64,000 nucleotides of DNA from Octopus sinensis (lineage: Eukaryota). How positions within the stretch are numbered: the stretch's first letter is position 1; each line of letters opens with the position of its first letter. A program made the translations under genes and the position numbers. Shown here one piece after another: positions 49,771 through 62,851 of this stretch. The stretch lies in NCBI RefSeq assembly GCF_006345805.1, contig NC_043001.1:24800001-24864000 (forward strand), read 5' to 3'. The notes under the pieces are model-generated. The model was not told the origin of the DNA and made no database searches. It saw only the letters and a program-made list of their open reading frames with translations.

Positions 49771-49889
49771 AGCTTTTAGTTTCTATAGCTTATCCCTGGA
49801 GGAAGTAAAATGATACTTCAGTTGCACAAATTATTAGTAATATTTTTAATAATTTTGCTGTAATCAAGAGTGGCTTTATTTCATTTATA

Positions 49890-50170
49890 CATGGTCGCTT
49901 CACTGGCACCTGTGCCAGTGGCACGTGTAAAAAGATTCAAGCGAGGTTGTTACTAGTGCCGCCTGACTGGCCCCCGTGCCGGTGGCACGTAAAAAGCACC
50001 CACTACACTCTCGGAGTGGTTGGCGTTAGGAAGGGCATCCAGCTGTAGAAACTCTGCCAGATCAAGATTGGAGCCTGGTGCAGCCATCTGGCTTGCCAAG
50101 CCTCAGTCAAAATTGTCAAACCCATGCTAGCATGGAAAGCGGATGTTAAACAATGATGATGATGATGATG
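49890..50170 (+). mobile_element. Family M SINE
   Basis: Tandem unit, core and (GAT)n tail. Confidence 0.85.
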
Positions 50171-52158
50171 GTATACATCTGTATAGTGGACCTACTGAGG
50201 AGGCTATCAGGCCAGTATATACACTGATTCCTTTCAGTCATTTTATCTTACAGTGTTGTTTATCTATTATCTTGACTTTGTTCCACAAGGGTTGATGGTT
50301 TCCCTTTTCTCTTCACAACCAACCATGCCTGATTTTTCTATCTCCCCATAAATCATAACTTTTTTAATGTTCTTAACTTTAATTTTAGGTGGTAGTTATT
50401 TCACATTTATATTCACTGCCACAATTGCAGTGTTCTTAGTTATGATCTCTTATGTTTCTGGTAGACCGCTTTTTAAATACTGTCCTGATGTTGTATGAAC
50501 AACAGATCTGATTTTTTTCAACTCTCCCCTTTTGTAAGGTAGACAGATTATGACATTTTTTGACTAGCATTCTTAACTCTTATGTCTCTGCTCTTGGAAG
50601 ATGATGCTGTGCTTGCAGAGTAGTTATTACTCTAATGAGTCTTTCTAATCCAGATCATCTCTTGCTGGTATGTGTCTGGGTTTCTGTTAGCACAAGGCAA
50701 CATGACCAAGAGTGTAAAGAAGAGAGGGAATGATGACAGAAGAACCAGGATGAGTAGGTGAATGCAGTGAGAGTATGAAGGGAGAAACAGAATAAGAGGG
50801 AATGGAAGAGAAATAGTTTTGGCAGCTACATGTTTCCCAGTGGGAGAGGGAGTGATGGTAGTAATAGTGATGGGTGATGGTTGGCTGTATTGGTTACAAA
50901 TTTATCTAATACAAACATTTATACATTGGCGTTTTGAGATGGGTGAATAAGAGATCAAATAAAAATTATTGCAAGGGTGATAAGATACAAATATGTCCAG
51001 TATCATTGCCTCAATACACAGACAGCATTGGATGCAGTGATTAGAATATATATATATATATATAAAATTTCATGTCTTCTCTATGGATTTTTTAGCCACT
51101 TTTGCTGCATAGAAAATTTCCAACCACAAATATACCAATAGCATCTCATTTGTTATTTCAGATTCATATGCAGACATTGGCTTAATCCTCATTCTAAATA
51201 TAAGCATGTTATGCATCATTAATTATATTGTGAAAGTCTACATATCCCTTTCCTCTCAGAAGTGGAATGTTTTTGTATAGTCTACATAATTTTAGAATCC
51301 ACAATCCTAATTTAGATCTTACTCCCCTTCTGACTTGGCTTCATTGATTTGATGAACAACACAAACTATTTTCGTTACATTATTTCAACTGACTGCTCAT
51401 ATACCCTCAGCTGATGGAGTTAACTTTTAGTAGACACTACCAAAATTACACAGTTTCTTTAATACAAACAGTCATTTATCACAGTCATTTTTATTTTCAA
51501 TGATTTTATAATAAAACCAAATTTCCAATATCCAAACATGCCATAAATAGATTTATTTGCTGAACTTGTATTCTATAACCAATACTACTTATCATAAATT
51601 GTATCAGAAAATAAAGTTATTATTTCTCAGCAGGAATTTTATTTACTTTGTGTATAGAGTCTGTAATTTATATGACAATAAAAAGATAGTGTTTTTATTG
51701 AGGCTTTGATTATAATTTGCTCACCATACAATACAATACAGTCAACAAGTTAACCAAATTATAAGGGTACTGCCATGTCAGCTTTGGCATTGTATTACAG
51801 TGTGCTTACTTATAACACTTCTGTTTATCTGGTTTTAGATATCACAGGAATCCCAAATATCATTGCTGAAAACAATTCTCCTAAATCTCTTTTCATGGCT
51901 GAAATCTTATTACTTTCTGCACAGTGACTTAAGACCTGATATAAGCTACAGTTAACTGTAGCCCACTTAGTAACAACAATGAATAAAAATGACATTAGAA
52001 TATCTATATACCTGGGGAAATCAGCGACTTACATTTCTATGTGTCACAAATGATAATATATGTTCTTGTCTCTAGTTTCCTTGTTGGCAGCGAAGTGATA
52101 ATTTCATATATACCTAGTCATAAAAGAAATAAATAGATAAATATTATTATTATTATTA

Positions 52159-52196
<38 letters not shown>

Positions 52197-52199
52197 TCA

Positions 52200-52822
52200 T
52201 CATCATCATCATTGTTTAACGTCCGTTTTCCATGCTAGCATGGGTTGGACGGTTCGACTGGGGTCTGGGAAGCCAGGAGGCTGCACCAGGCTCCAGTCTG
52301 ATCTGGCAGTGTTTCTACAGCTGGATTTATTACTGTTATTTTGTATCTATCTAAATTTATTATATAGAAAGGAAGTATTTGAATTTGACAATCATAAATA
52401 ATTATCATAATTATTATTCGTAATTATCAAATTGAAACGGTCTCTTGGATTGAAATAATCAGCTGTATTAACCTAATCTGTCCATCATAATTTCTGATTT
52501 AAAGCCTTTTTGATTTCTCAGTTCAGATGAATTTTTTTATCAGTAAATGCAAGTATGATCAAAGTAGAGGGGATATTCAATATTTAGTAATTCTGTAACT
52601 AAGATATTTTCAATGATATATTTGCTATGTGCAGGTGGCACGTAAAAAACACCCACTACACTCGTGGAGTGGTTGGCGTTAGGAAGGGCATCCAGCCGTA
52701 GAAACACTGCCAGATCTGACTGGGCCTGACGAAGCCTTCCAGCTTCACAGACCCCAGTTGACCCATCCAACCCATGCTAGCATGGAAAGCGGACGCTAAA
52801 CGATGATGATGATGATGATGAT
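52200..52822. mobile_element. Family M fragments in opposite orientations (52200-52326 minus; 52630-52822 plus)
   Basis: Reverse-complementary M 3' portions about 300 bp apart. Confidence 0.8.
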
Positions 52823-53304
52823 GTAGTAACACAGCAACTTTTCTAGTGTTTGAGCAGTTTGTGTGTGTGTGTGTGTGTATCAGTGTGTGTGTACATGCAT
52901 ACATGTGTGTGCATGCATGCTTGTGTGTGTGTGTGTTTGTGGGTGCTAAAATGGGTGAGACAATCCAACAGAATCTAGCAAGTTATGCTTTATGCATGGT
53001 TGCCTTTTCTAACACCAACCATTTTACAGTATGCAGGGTACATTTTTTTCTTGGCATCTGCACTTTCAAAGTTTTCTAGCCTTTCAAAACCCTGCGTTGT
53101 CTCTACTTGATTCACCAACCACATCACAGAACTTCTGAATACTTTTTTTCATTCCACCTACACAAAAGAGATTGCTTTGTAACACACTGTGTGAAAGGAG
53201 TCTCCACCATTGCAAAGTAGAATGGGAGAATGATGAGATTCAGTGAGGCGTTGAAAGTTACAGTATAATGGAAGGAACAGTTTTATTGTCTTCGTGAGTG
53301 ATAG

Positions 53305-53502
53305 TTGAGAGAATATTTTCGTCTGCCGTTACGTTCTGAGTTCAAATTCCGCCGAGGTCAACCTTGCTTTTCATTCTTTCAGGGTCGATAAATTAAGTAC
53401 CAGTTATGCACTGGGGTCGATATAATCGACTTAATCCATTTGTCTGTCCTTGTTTGTCCCCTCTGTGTGTAGCCCCTTGTGGGCAGTAAAGAAATAGGTA
53501 TT
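53305..53502 (+). mobile_element. SINE family C body, single unit
   Basis: Ends ...gtaaagaaataggtattt. Confidence 0.85.
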
Positions 53503-53821
53503 TGAGAGAATAACAGAGAACATGGAGGAGGAGAAGAAGAAGGAGAAGGAGGTGTCAGAACATATTCTCAATGTAACATGCCCAAGAAGGTGAAAGGAAG
53601 AGAGCATAGTGACAAAAGACTCAGAGCATGTGGGCAAAGACTGCAAGAGGGCAAGCCCACCCATCTCCACTAAAGAATCATGGTTAGAAAGGGTAGAGTA
53701 AGAAGGGGTCGCAGGATATTGATGGCAAGGGCAGAAAGGATTCAGAATACATAGGATCAGTGTGTAGGAGAAGAAATAGAAGGGTATAAGATAGGTACAG
53801 TAAAACAAAAAGTAAAGTTAT

Positions 53822-54040
53822 CTTCTTGGGTCATGCCAACTCATAAGGGTCTGTTTTCTGGTTTCTGTGACATGTAAATGCCCCACCTGGATAGAACGCT
53901 GGCCAGTCACAAGATTACTCATTTTTACAGGCTGAGTGGACTGGAGCAACATGAAATGAAGTGATATGCTTAAGAACACAATGCATCACCCAGTCCAGGA
54001 ATCGAACTCACAATCTTATCTTCCTATCACTAAGCCATGC
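53822..54040 (-). mobile_element. Diverged SINE with E-type central domain and F-type tail
   Basis: ttgctccagtccactcagc..aaatgagt followed by ..ccagcgttctatccaggtgggg..cccttatgag. Confidence 0.65.
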
Positions 54041-54044
54041 ACAT

Positions 54045-54359
54045 TGTGAAGGCACATGGTCTAGTGGTTAGAGCAGTGGACTCACGGTCAAGGGATCACG
54101 GGTTCGAATCTCAGACCGGGCGATGTGTGTGTTTATGAGCAAAACACCTAAGCTCCACGCAGCTCCAGCAGAAGATAATGGCGAACTTCTGCTGACTCTT
54201 TCGCCACAACTTTCTCTCACTCTTTCCTCCTACATCTTGCAGCTCACCTGCGATGGACCACTGTCCCGTCCAGGTGGGGAACCTATAAGCTAAGGAAACC
54301 GGGAAACCGGCCCTTATGAGCCAGGTGTGACTCGAGAAGGAACAAACAATAAAAAAAAT
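54045..54359 (+). mobile_element. SINE family F with 12-bp TSD
   Basis: TSD agccatgcacat at 54033-54044 and 54360-54371. Confidence 0.9.
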
Positions 54360-54589
54360 AGCCATGCACATCCATGAGATAGGTACAGGAGGAGCAGAGG
54401 ATTCAGTGTGTACAGGTCAAATGCTTTCACTTCAATTAATGATGAGTAGATTGGTTGTAAGAGGAGAGGATATGGCAGAGAAGAAAAGAGAAGGTGAGGA
54501 GGTGCAAGGATATAGAATAGGCAGTAAGTGGCAGAAGGAGATGTACTTTTATCACAGATTTTGCAGGCATTTCATAAAATGGCATTGGA

Positions 54590-54950
54590 GATTGACTCTT
54601 CTGCAGCACCATGTTGAAACAATCTTCCATAATCTTACTCACCAGATGTAGCATTTTGAGATCATTCTTTGCCATCTCATCCCAAGTCTTCTTTGGTTTC
54701 CCTCTTCCATAGTGAACATTCCCTTTCAGCACCAGGCACTTATACAATTGTCATCATACATTTGCATCACATACTTATGCCTTCATTGCACACTACATCT
54801 GATTTCCCTGATATCCAGTTTGCCTCTCAGCTCCTTTATACTTCATTATTAATGCATATTAACTTGCCACATCAAGAAAAGTATACTCACCTCATTTCTT
54901 TCTAGTCTTTCCATATCTTCTGCACTTAGGGCTCACATCTCACAGCTAGG
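54590..54950 (-). mobile_element. RTE LINE C-terminal remnant
   Basis: GRGKPKKTWDEMAKNDL motif. Confidence 0.7.
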
Positions 54951-55100
54951 AGGACTTTGTTTTGGCTCTCTTGGCAATAAAAAAAAAACTATCTAAATAT
55001 CATTGAGCTCTCTATTTATTGTTGGATGTAGAATCCAACCTCACATGCAAAGGAGTCACTCTAAAATTATTCTATTATGAAATTCCTTTGCTATTTTATA

Positions 55101-55545
55101 GGCACAGAAGTGGCTCTGTGGTAAGTAGCTTGCTTACCAACCACATGGTTCCCGGTTCAGTCCCACTGTGTGGCACCTCGGGCAAGCGTCTTCTATTATA
55201 GCCTCAGGCCAACCAAAGCTTTGTGAGTGGATTTGGTAGACAGAAACTGAAAGAAGCCCATCGTATATGTATGTGTGTGTGTGTGTGTATGTGTGTGTGT
55301 ATATGTATGTGTGTGTATGTATATGTATGTGTGTGTATATGTTTGTGTGTCTGTGTTTGTGCCCCCAACGTCACTTGACAACTGATGTTAGTGTATACGT
55401 CCCCACAACTTAGTGGTTCAGCAAACTAAACTGATAGAATAAGTACTAGGCCTACAAAAAATAAGTCATGGAGTCAATTTGGTGGACTAATAGTGGTGCT
55501 CCAGCATGACCACGTTCAAATGACTGAAACATATAAAAGAATAAA
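55101..55545 (+). mobile_element. SINE family A
   Basis: Homologous to other A copies. Confidence 0.88.
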
Positions 55546-55581
55546 AACACATACACACTTTCTCTTCTCTCTCTCTCTCAC

Positions 55582-55619
<38 letters not shown>

Positions 55620-55620
<1 letters not shown>

Positions 55621-55915
55621 CATCATCATCATCATCATTTAACGTCCGCTTTCCATGCTAGCATGGGTTGGACGGTTCAACTGGGGTCTGGCAAGCCCAA
55701 AGGCTACACCAGGCCAGTCAGATCTGGCAGTGTTTCTACAGCTGATGCCCTTCCTAACGCCAACCACTCCGAGAGTGTAGTGGGTGATTTTATGTGCCAC
55801 CGACACAGGTGCCAGACGAGGCTGGCAGACGGCCACGCTCGGATGGTGTTTTTTATGTGCCACCGACACAGGTGCCAGACGAGGCTGGCAGACGGCCAGA
55901 CGAGGCTGGCAGACA
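55620..55915 (-). mobile_element. Family M SINE with tandem units
   Basis: The unit gtgccaccgacacaggtgccagacgaggctggcagacggcca occurs twice, plus a partial copy. Confidence 0.85.
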
Positions 55916-56137
55916 AATATATATCATTCACTCACGCATGCAAAAAACCGCTTGTTTTGTAGGTGTGTGTCTTTGAGTATTCTAAACATGCTGAGAGTAA
56001 AAACTCAATATTGATTCTCGGATCAAAATAATATTTATTATCAATGATACTGGATTCTTTAATCAATATCGTTGATAATAGATATGATTTGAGAAACCAG
56101 TACTGATAAAACTTCAAAGTAAACAAATACCATTGAT

Positions 56138-56356
56138 TGTATATTTATATTGAAGAAATAAGGTACTCAGAAATCTGAATGGTTTTATATTTACAGATAT
56201 TTATTAATATGTCACGTATTTTTATAAATCATAAGACTCCACTAGAGTGGACGCAAGCACTAATATATGATTTTTAAAGACATGTGACCTATTAATAAAT
56301 ATCTGTAAATATAAAACCATCCAGATTTCTGAGTTCCTTATTTCTTTTAATATATA
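56138..56356. repeat. Imperfect fold-back element, ~95-bp arms
   Basis: aagaaataaggtactcagaaatctgaatggttttatatttacagatatttattaat is mirrored at 56292-56345. Confidence 0.85.
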
Positions 56357-56381
56357 ATACCTGTACATCATCTCCAAACCT

Positions 56382-56426
<45 letters not shown>

Positions 56427-56558
56427 AGATAATGGTGTCGTTGAGACCCAAAGGTGTCAGGTAATGCTGAATAAGTGCTATAGACAGACCATAGTTAAGT
56501 TCCAGTTTTGGTAATAATGTGAATAAAGGGTTTAACGTTGGTTTTATGTCAGCATGTG

Positions 56559-56758
56559 TATATAAGAATTTTTTGCGTAATAAGATAAAAAAACCAAGGC
56601 TGTATAGATATTAGAGCATTTATAGATAGAAGGTCTTACAGCTGTTTCTAGGATATTAATTAATATCCTAGAAACAGCTGTAAGACCTTCTATCTATAAA
56701 TGCTCTAATATCTATACAGCCTTGGTTTTTTTATCTTATTACGCAAAAAATTCTTATA

Positions 56759-56760
<2 letters not shown>
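56559..56760. repeat. Perfect 202-bp spacerless palindrome
   Basis: 101-bp arms compared base by base; centre between 56659 and 56660 (ggatattaa|ttaatatcc). Confidence 0.92.
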
Positions 56761-56790
<30 letters not shown>

Positions 56791-58974
56791 CATACATACA
56801 CACACACATGCCTGTGTGCATGCATGTACATGTGTGTATATGTTAGAATCAAAATCATTCACCATGCAGTACCAAACATAGCTTCATAATACAAATTAGA
56901 TAAGATTAATGATTCTTTTCCAGCTCATCTTCATAAAACTAAAGGCTGAAGTGTTAAAGGCATATGTAAAGACCCTGAAAGTCATACCGGCTACTGGGTG
57001 CAATGGAGATAATCTTAAGTCTTACAAATCTTTGGTGTCTTTCTGTAACCTAAGTTTGGTTAAACATTTTACTATGTGTTTTATATAATTTTGTTTTTAC
57101 TGCCTTCCGTTGGCTTACAGAAAATGAACATTGTTGTGAAATCCAATCTATGTGCAATCTAGTGACAGTGATGTGCACAGAGCCTAAAATAGTTGATATG
57201 TTTACAATCTAGAATAAATGAAGTTTGTTTCTAGTGACGAAGTTAACGTTAACGTATCTAGATAAGTATAGGTTTGTGTTTCGGTAAAGATAGGAAAAAA
57301 ATATAGTTAATTTGTAATTTCATGTTATTGCTAATTATTTTCTGTTTCATTATGTAATTATATTGTTATTGTTCCTTGAATTTAATTTTAGAATATTTCC
57401 AGACTTATTGATTATATGTGCAAGTATGAGAGTGCATATACGTTTTATAATTAAGTAACAATGTATTTCAGTATGAAAGAGCATGTGTGTGTGTGTGTGT
57501 GTGTATGTGCATGCATGCACACATAGTTATATGCACACAGAATAGATACATATATCAAGATTTTTAAGAAATTATTTTTTTTTGAAGAGGCAGTATTAAT
57601 AAATTGTAGAGGCACGCATATGTCCATGGATATGTGTTTATGCTTTTAAATAAAGTGTAAAAAATTAATAAAACTCCAGTGAGAAGCATTTTGATTTACT
57701 TTTACAATTTTCTTGTATTTACAGTTTTCTTGTATATGTGCAGAAAACACTGCTTTCAAACTATAATTATATATTTAGTGTATATTCTTAGTTCATACAT
57801 CACTAAAAGGAAATACATATAGGTGGTGCAAGTATACTTTTAGCAGAAACATGGTAAATGGAATTATTGAAGTAGCCAGAATATGTAATAGAATATTAGA
57901 CTCAGATTAATGAGTGCTACAATAATAGTATGTTCAATCATGGCATGAAAGAGGAATGCAGTAAAGAATCCTGTAAAGCTGTAGGGCTGCTGGCATGAGA
58001 AAAGCACTGAGTACGCTCTGTAAAGTGCTTGGCATTATGAAGGGCATCAAATCACAGAAACCATGTCAAGGATGATACTGGAGCTTGACACAGCCCCACA
58101 GCTTGCTGGTTCCCTGTCAAATTATCATATCAATGCCAGCATGGACGGCGAACATTAAATGATGATGATGATGATGATGATGATGATTGTGATGATTGTG
58201 ATGATGATGATGATGATGATGATGACGACGATGATGACAGTTTTCTAGATTAATAGATGAACAAAAATGGACAGGTTCTAAAAAGCCCTTGCACAAAATA
58301 TCTCCAAGTTAGAATCTCAAAGAACAAGTCACGAAATACGAAACTGGGTAAATTTGTGCACATGGAAGCAGTTCCACAGTACAATCATTTGAGAGGAATC
58401 AAAATGCTTACTGTTCTCTGATGCAAGAAATCTACTGTTTTGAGCACAAACTTCTGAAAACCAATGAGTCATTGGAGTTTAACTAAATTTGTTCTTATCT
58501 TACAAATCTTCCCCCAACATTAATTTGGTGTTAGCAACTTCAGGTTGACATCAAGGAAGACTGTAAAACTAATGATCCAACATGAGATAATATGCTTGAA
58601 TGTTCTAGATTGCAAGTCATTTCATGAACCAGAATTTCACTGGAAAGCAGTGTATCTGAAACATAAGTATCACACTTATTACCTCTTTGGTGATGTTAAA
58701 ATGGAAAGAAGTATGGAAACATGAACATGGAAGGTTGTTGAATAAGGACTGTGAATGATATTGCAATAATTTAGCCTAGATAAAACCAATAGAGATACCA
58801 TCTGTTGAGATCATTTTCTAAATGGTTACCTCGAAATTGAAGGCAAAGCAAAGAGAAAGTACATAAGAAGTAGTTTCTGAAATTTAGGCTGTGGAATCAT
58901 TATACTGATTGCTCAATTAATCAAGATAATGATAGTGTCATTTCAATTACTGTCATTTCAATTACTCCAACCTC

Positions 58975-59755
58975 TGGCCCACAGACATGCAGCCTTTTCT
59001 CTCTGCATTTTCTACTTCTACCATAGTGGCCTCAGTACCTCTGAGCTGGCAGATATTGTTCTACTTCAACTTGTCTTTTCTCCCATTACATCCAATTTTT
59101 CCTCTTCTTTCTCCAAATTACCCCTCACGGGAATTTCTCCTTTACACATCATGTTTTCCTGCAGCTATTGATTTGCATTAGTTCAATCAGAATATTAACC
59201 TCAGCCTCACCTGTCTTTGAGGGCTTGTAAAGGCTATAACACAGCTCTTTCCTCCAGACCATGCCAAAATGCAAATCTGAAGAGAATACATTCACTCAAG
59301 GCAATTATAGAGGCCACTAAGAAACAGAATAAAGCTTGAATATCGCTGATACAATGTAGTTTGCCTTCCTATCAGACGAAATCACAATTAATATATATAT
59401 AGTTCTAGTAAGAATAATGTCAGAGAAGCTGTCAACTACAAACAACTCTACTCTTCATATTCTGACCTGGATAAATCCTTCAACAGGATTTCATGCTCTG
59501 TAGTCTTGAGAGTTTTGAGGTAAGTTCATGAAGTTATGAGAGGAGTTTAAATCAATACAAGGAGATTCTCTAAACAAGGTTAGGATCAGCAATGTATCCA
59601 GTGAAATATTTAGTGCACGGATAAGTGTTTATTAAGATTCTCTCCTCAGACACCTACTATTCATTTTGATGTTAGTGTTCAGCTCTGGATATCCCTGATA
59701 ACTTTTAGATGGTGATTAAGTAGTTCCTGGTGTAGAATCAGTAGAGGAGATACAT
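58975..59755 (+). mobile_element. Decayed CR1/L2-like fragment (58975-59215) and decayed RTE RT fragment (59280-59755)
   Basis: LAHRHAAFSLCIFY...SELADIV; degenerate DL.K.F.R.. RT region. Confidence 0.5.
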
Positions 59756-61859
59756 CATCATCATCATCATCATTTAACGTCCGCTTTCCATGCTAGCATG
59801 GGTTGGATGATTTGACTGAGGACTAGCAAACCAGATGGCTGCGCCAGGCTCCAATCTGATCTGGCAGAGTTTCTACAGCTGGATGCCCTTCCTAATGCCA
59901 ACCACTCCGAGAGTGTTAGGATAGAAACTGCTAAAGCTAAAATAAAGGTTTAGGGTCCAAGAGCTTGATGTCAGTATAGCAAAGACTAGGAATGCTAAAA
60001 TCTGCAAGATGCATAAGCTAACATTTATATTCATATTAACACAAGATTCTTCGAAAGGGGTCTCTAAAAGTCGTTTTTAAAAAGAAGTTTTTAAAAATGG
60101 GTTACTACCTGGTATCATTTTAGGAGGCCTCTGTTTAAGGTTATTGTTTTTTTACATAGTTGTTGGAAAGAATAATTTATACTGTTACTCAATTTATTAC
60201 TTTTATCTTGAGTAGAAGATTCTAACTGTTGCTCCTTAAGTAAGAAGTAAATCCAAGAAGGGAGCTATTTTATGTTTGTGAGCCATTGATATGATCCAAT
60301 TTCATTCTATTTTAAGGTTACAGATATGTGTATGTTGTGGGCAATGTTTGGTGGGGTGGGGTCAAATTTGTATCTATTTCATTTGTAGTTCATTTTTTAA
60401 CTGTTCCTCTTCCTAAGATTTCTAAATGCAGTTTTAGTTTCTGTTCCAAACATTTTCTTTTCACTTTGCTGCCTGCATGACAGCGGAATTTGTGAGCTCT
60501 TAATAAATATTCCAATAATTATCTTCTGAAAGTTCATCTATTTCTAGGAGTAATGAAATATTTTCAAGTACAAGGATGTAGCAGTTAATTACATTCAATA
60601 ATTCTGAGAATAGAAATTCTGTATCTTTCTGTACAATAAGGTGTTCAAAATTAAGAGGCTAATGTATTTTTCACAGTCTGTTTGGTGGAAGGTGACTTTT
60701 ATGCTTGCAAATCGTAAAATCTTTTTTCTGTGTTATATAACAAGAGTTCAGTGATATCATAGTTTAAACTGTAACAATCCCTTATGTCAATATTGTGCAC
60801 CCAGCTTCATCATAATCATCATTATCATTATTTAACATCCATGTCTCATACTGGTGTGAGTTGGATGGTTTAACAGGATCCAATGGATCCTAAGACTGGA
60901 TACCCTTTCTAACACTAACCACTTTACAGCATGTACTGGGTGCCATTTTTTCTTTTCATAGCAGCAGCATTAGTGAGGCCTTCATGTATCTTGCAAAACT
61001 TTGAATGCAATGCCAAAAGAGGAGGCTTTATGTTCAGAGGTGAGGACTTAAAGTATGAGTGAAGGGGTCAGAGCAAGACAAGTTTCTTGCCTCAGACCAG
61101 CCACGTGGTTACTCATGTTTTAGAAGAGAGTGTTGGAATGATTGGAGAAAGTGATAAAAGTAGTGGCGATAAGATAAAAACAAAAAATTTTTTAAAAATT
61201 GCAGTGTCAGAGTGGACCCTCAAAGTACAAGGTGAGTAGAACTAAGTGGGGAGAGAAGTAGGTGTGTACAATAATGCATGGAGAAAGTGAGAGATAGGGA
61301 ATGGGTGTGGGGATGGATATAATGAATGAAGAACAAGTGTTAAGAAATGGTAAGGAGAGGTAAGGAAGAGTAGGTGACAACTGTAAAAATTTGATGGAGC
61401 TGAAGAGTAAATGTAGTAAATGCATATGAATTGAGCGAGGGAGGCAGGAGAGATTAGGAGATAGGGTGGGGTGGGGTGAAGAGCAGCAGAAGGGTAATGA
61501 TGATGCAGTAGACAGGAGAATGATGGGAAAGAGAGAGCGAGATGACATGTGATTGGGTAGGTTGCAGGAGTTATATGTGGGAAGAGAGAAGCAGCATAAG
61601 GAGAGTGAGAGACATATGGTTGTGGAGAAGGAGAAAGAATTTTAGGGATCAGGGGTAGGGTAATCAATGTAAAATGTGGGTAGAGAGGACAGTATTAAGG
61701 ATGAAGGTTGGATACCAAGTGAAATGTTTCTGGGTAGTGAGAAAGATGAGTGATATTAAGGAAAAGCTGCAGTTTAATCTGATTATAGATGGTAGGGATA
61801 TCTTAAAGAGGAAATTAGGAGTAGGACTCAGTTATGCATATATAATACATACACATACA

Positions 61860-62515
61860 TTGCTTCCAGAACTCAGTTTTGCTGTTGGGTGGGTCTTCTC
61901 ACAAACTACATATCAACAGTCATCCTGGTCCTTTGTCTTCTCCACAAGGTTCAAGGTACAGAGATCAGCCTTCCACGCTTCATCCCTTGTCTTCTTGAGT
62001 TACCCTCTTTCACAAGCTCTATCCACATTAATTGAACAGCACTTCTTTAAATTGCTCTCCACCTATGCAGTACATGTCCATACCAGCACAATCTTCTCTC
62101 TTGGGCACAACATCTGATTCCTCTTATACCCAGTTTTCCTCTCAGTACATTTGTTATATGGTGTTCATGCACACCTATATTGCATGCACATCCAATGGAG
62201 CATGCTTACTTCATTTCATTCCAGTCTTCTCAAGACTCCTGCATTCAAGGCCCATGTATCACTACCATACAACATTGCAGTTCTAACACCAGCCTTGTAT
62301 AATCTGTCCTTCACTGTAAGAGTAAAGACCTTTGTTGCCAGAAATAGTTTCCCCCTGAATTTTCTCCAGTCCCTTCTTACTCTGGCTACAATAGTTTCAG
62401 TACCACCATCTCCCCTGCTAATTACATCTCCTTGATCACAAAAGCTAATAACTACTTTCAGTGAACCATCCAGACATTTAAAAACAGCTATATTTGGTGT
62501 GCTTATAGTACATAT
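61860..62515 (-). mobile_element. RTE LINE 3' ORF remnant
   Basis: RLYKAGVRTAMLYGSDTWAL...RLE..E.SML.WM...LRGKLGIRGIRC...RRLCWYGHVL. Confidence 0.8.
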
Positions 62516-62518
62516 AGT

Positions 62519-62851
62519 GAAGGTGCATGGTTCAGTGGTTAGAGTGTCGAGCTTATGATCGTGAGGTTGTGAGTTCGAATCTCAGGCCAGGCTGTGTGTT
62601 GTGTTCTTGAGCAAGACACTTTATTTCACATTGCTCCAGTTCACTCAACTGTAGAAATGAGTTGCGATGTCACAGGTGCCAAGCTGTATCGGCCTTTGCC
62701 TTTCCCTTGGCTAACATTGGTAGCATGGAGAGGGGAGGCCGGTATGCATGGGTGACTGCTGGTCTTCCATAAACATCCTTGCCTGGACTTCTGCCTGGGA
62801 GGGTAACTTTCTAGGTGCAATCCCATGGTCAGTCATGACTGAATGGGGTCT
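62519..62851 (+). mobile_element. SINE family E with ~10-bp TSD
   Basis: atagtacata at 62505-62514 and 62856-62865. Confidence 0.88.

Noticed and set aside
52033-52113. Minus-strand 81-nt segment with strong acceptor and donor
   Set aside because: All three frames contain stops; at best a non-coding exon, unsupported.
58250-58800. Possible Fanzor/TnpB or other nuclease remnant in unexplained coding-like DNA
   Set aside because: No RuvC or zinc-finger motifs found by eye in the frames inspected.
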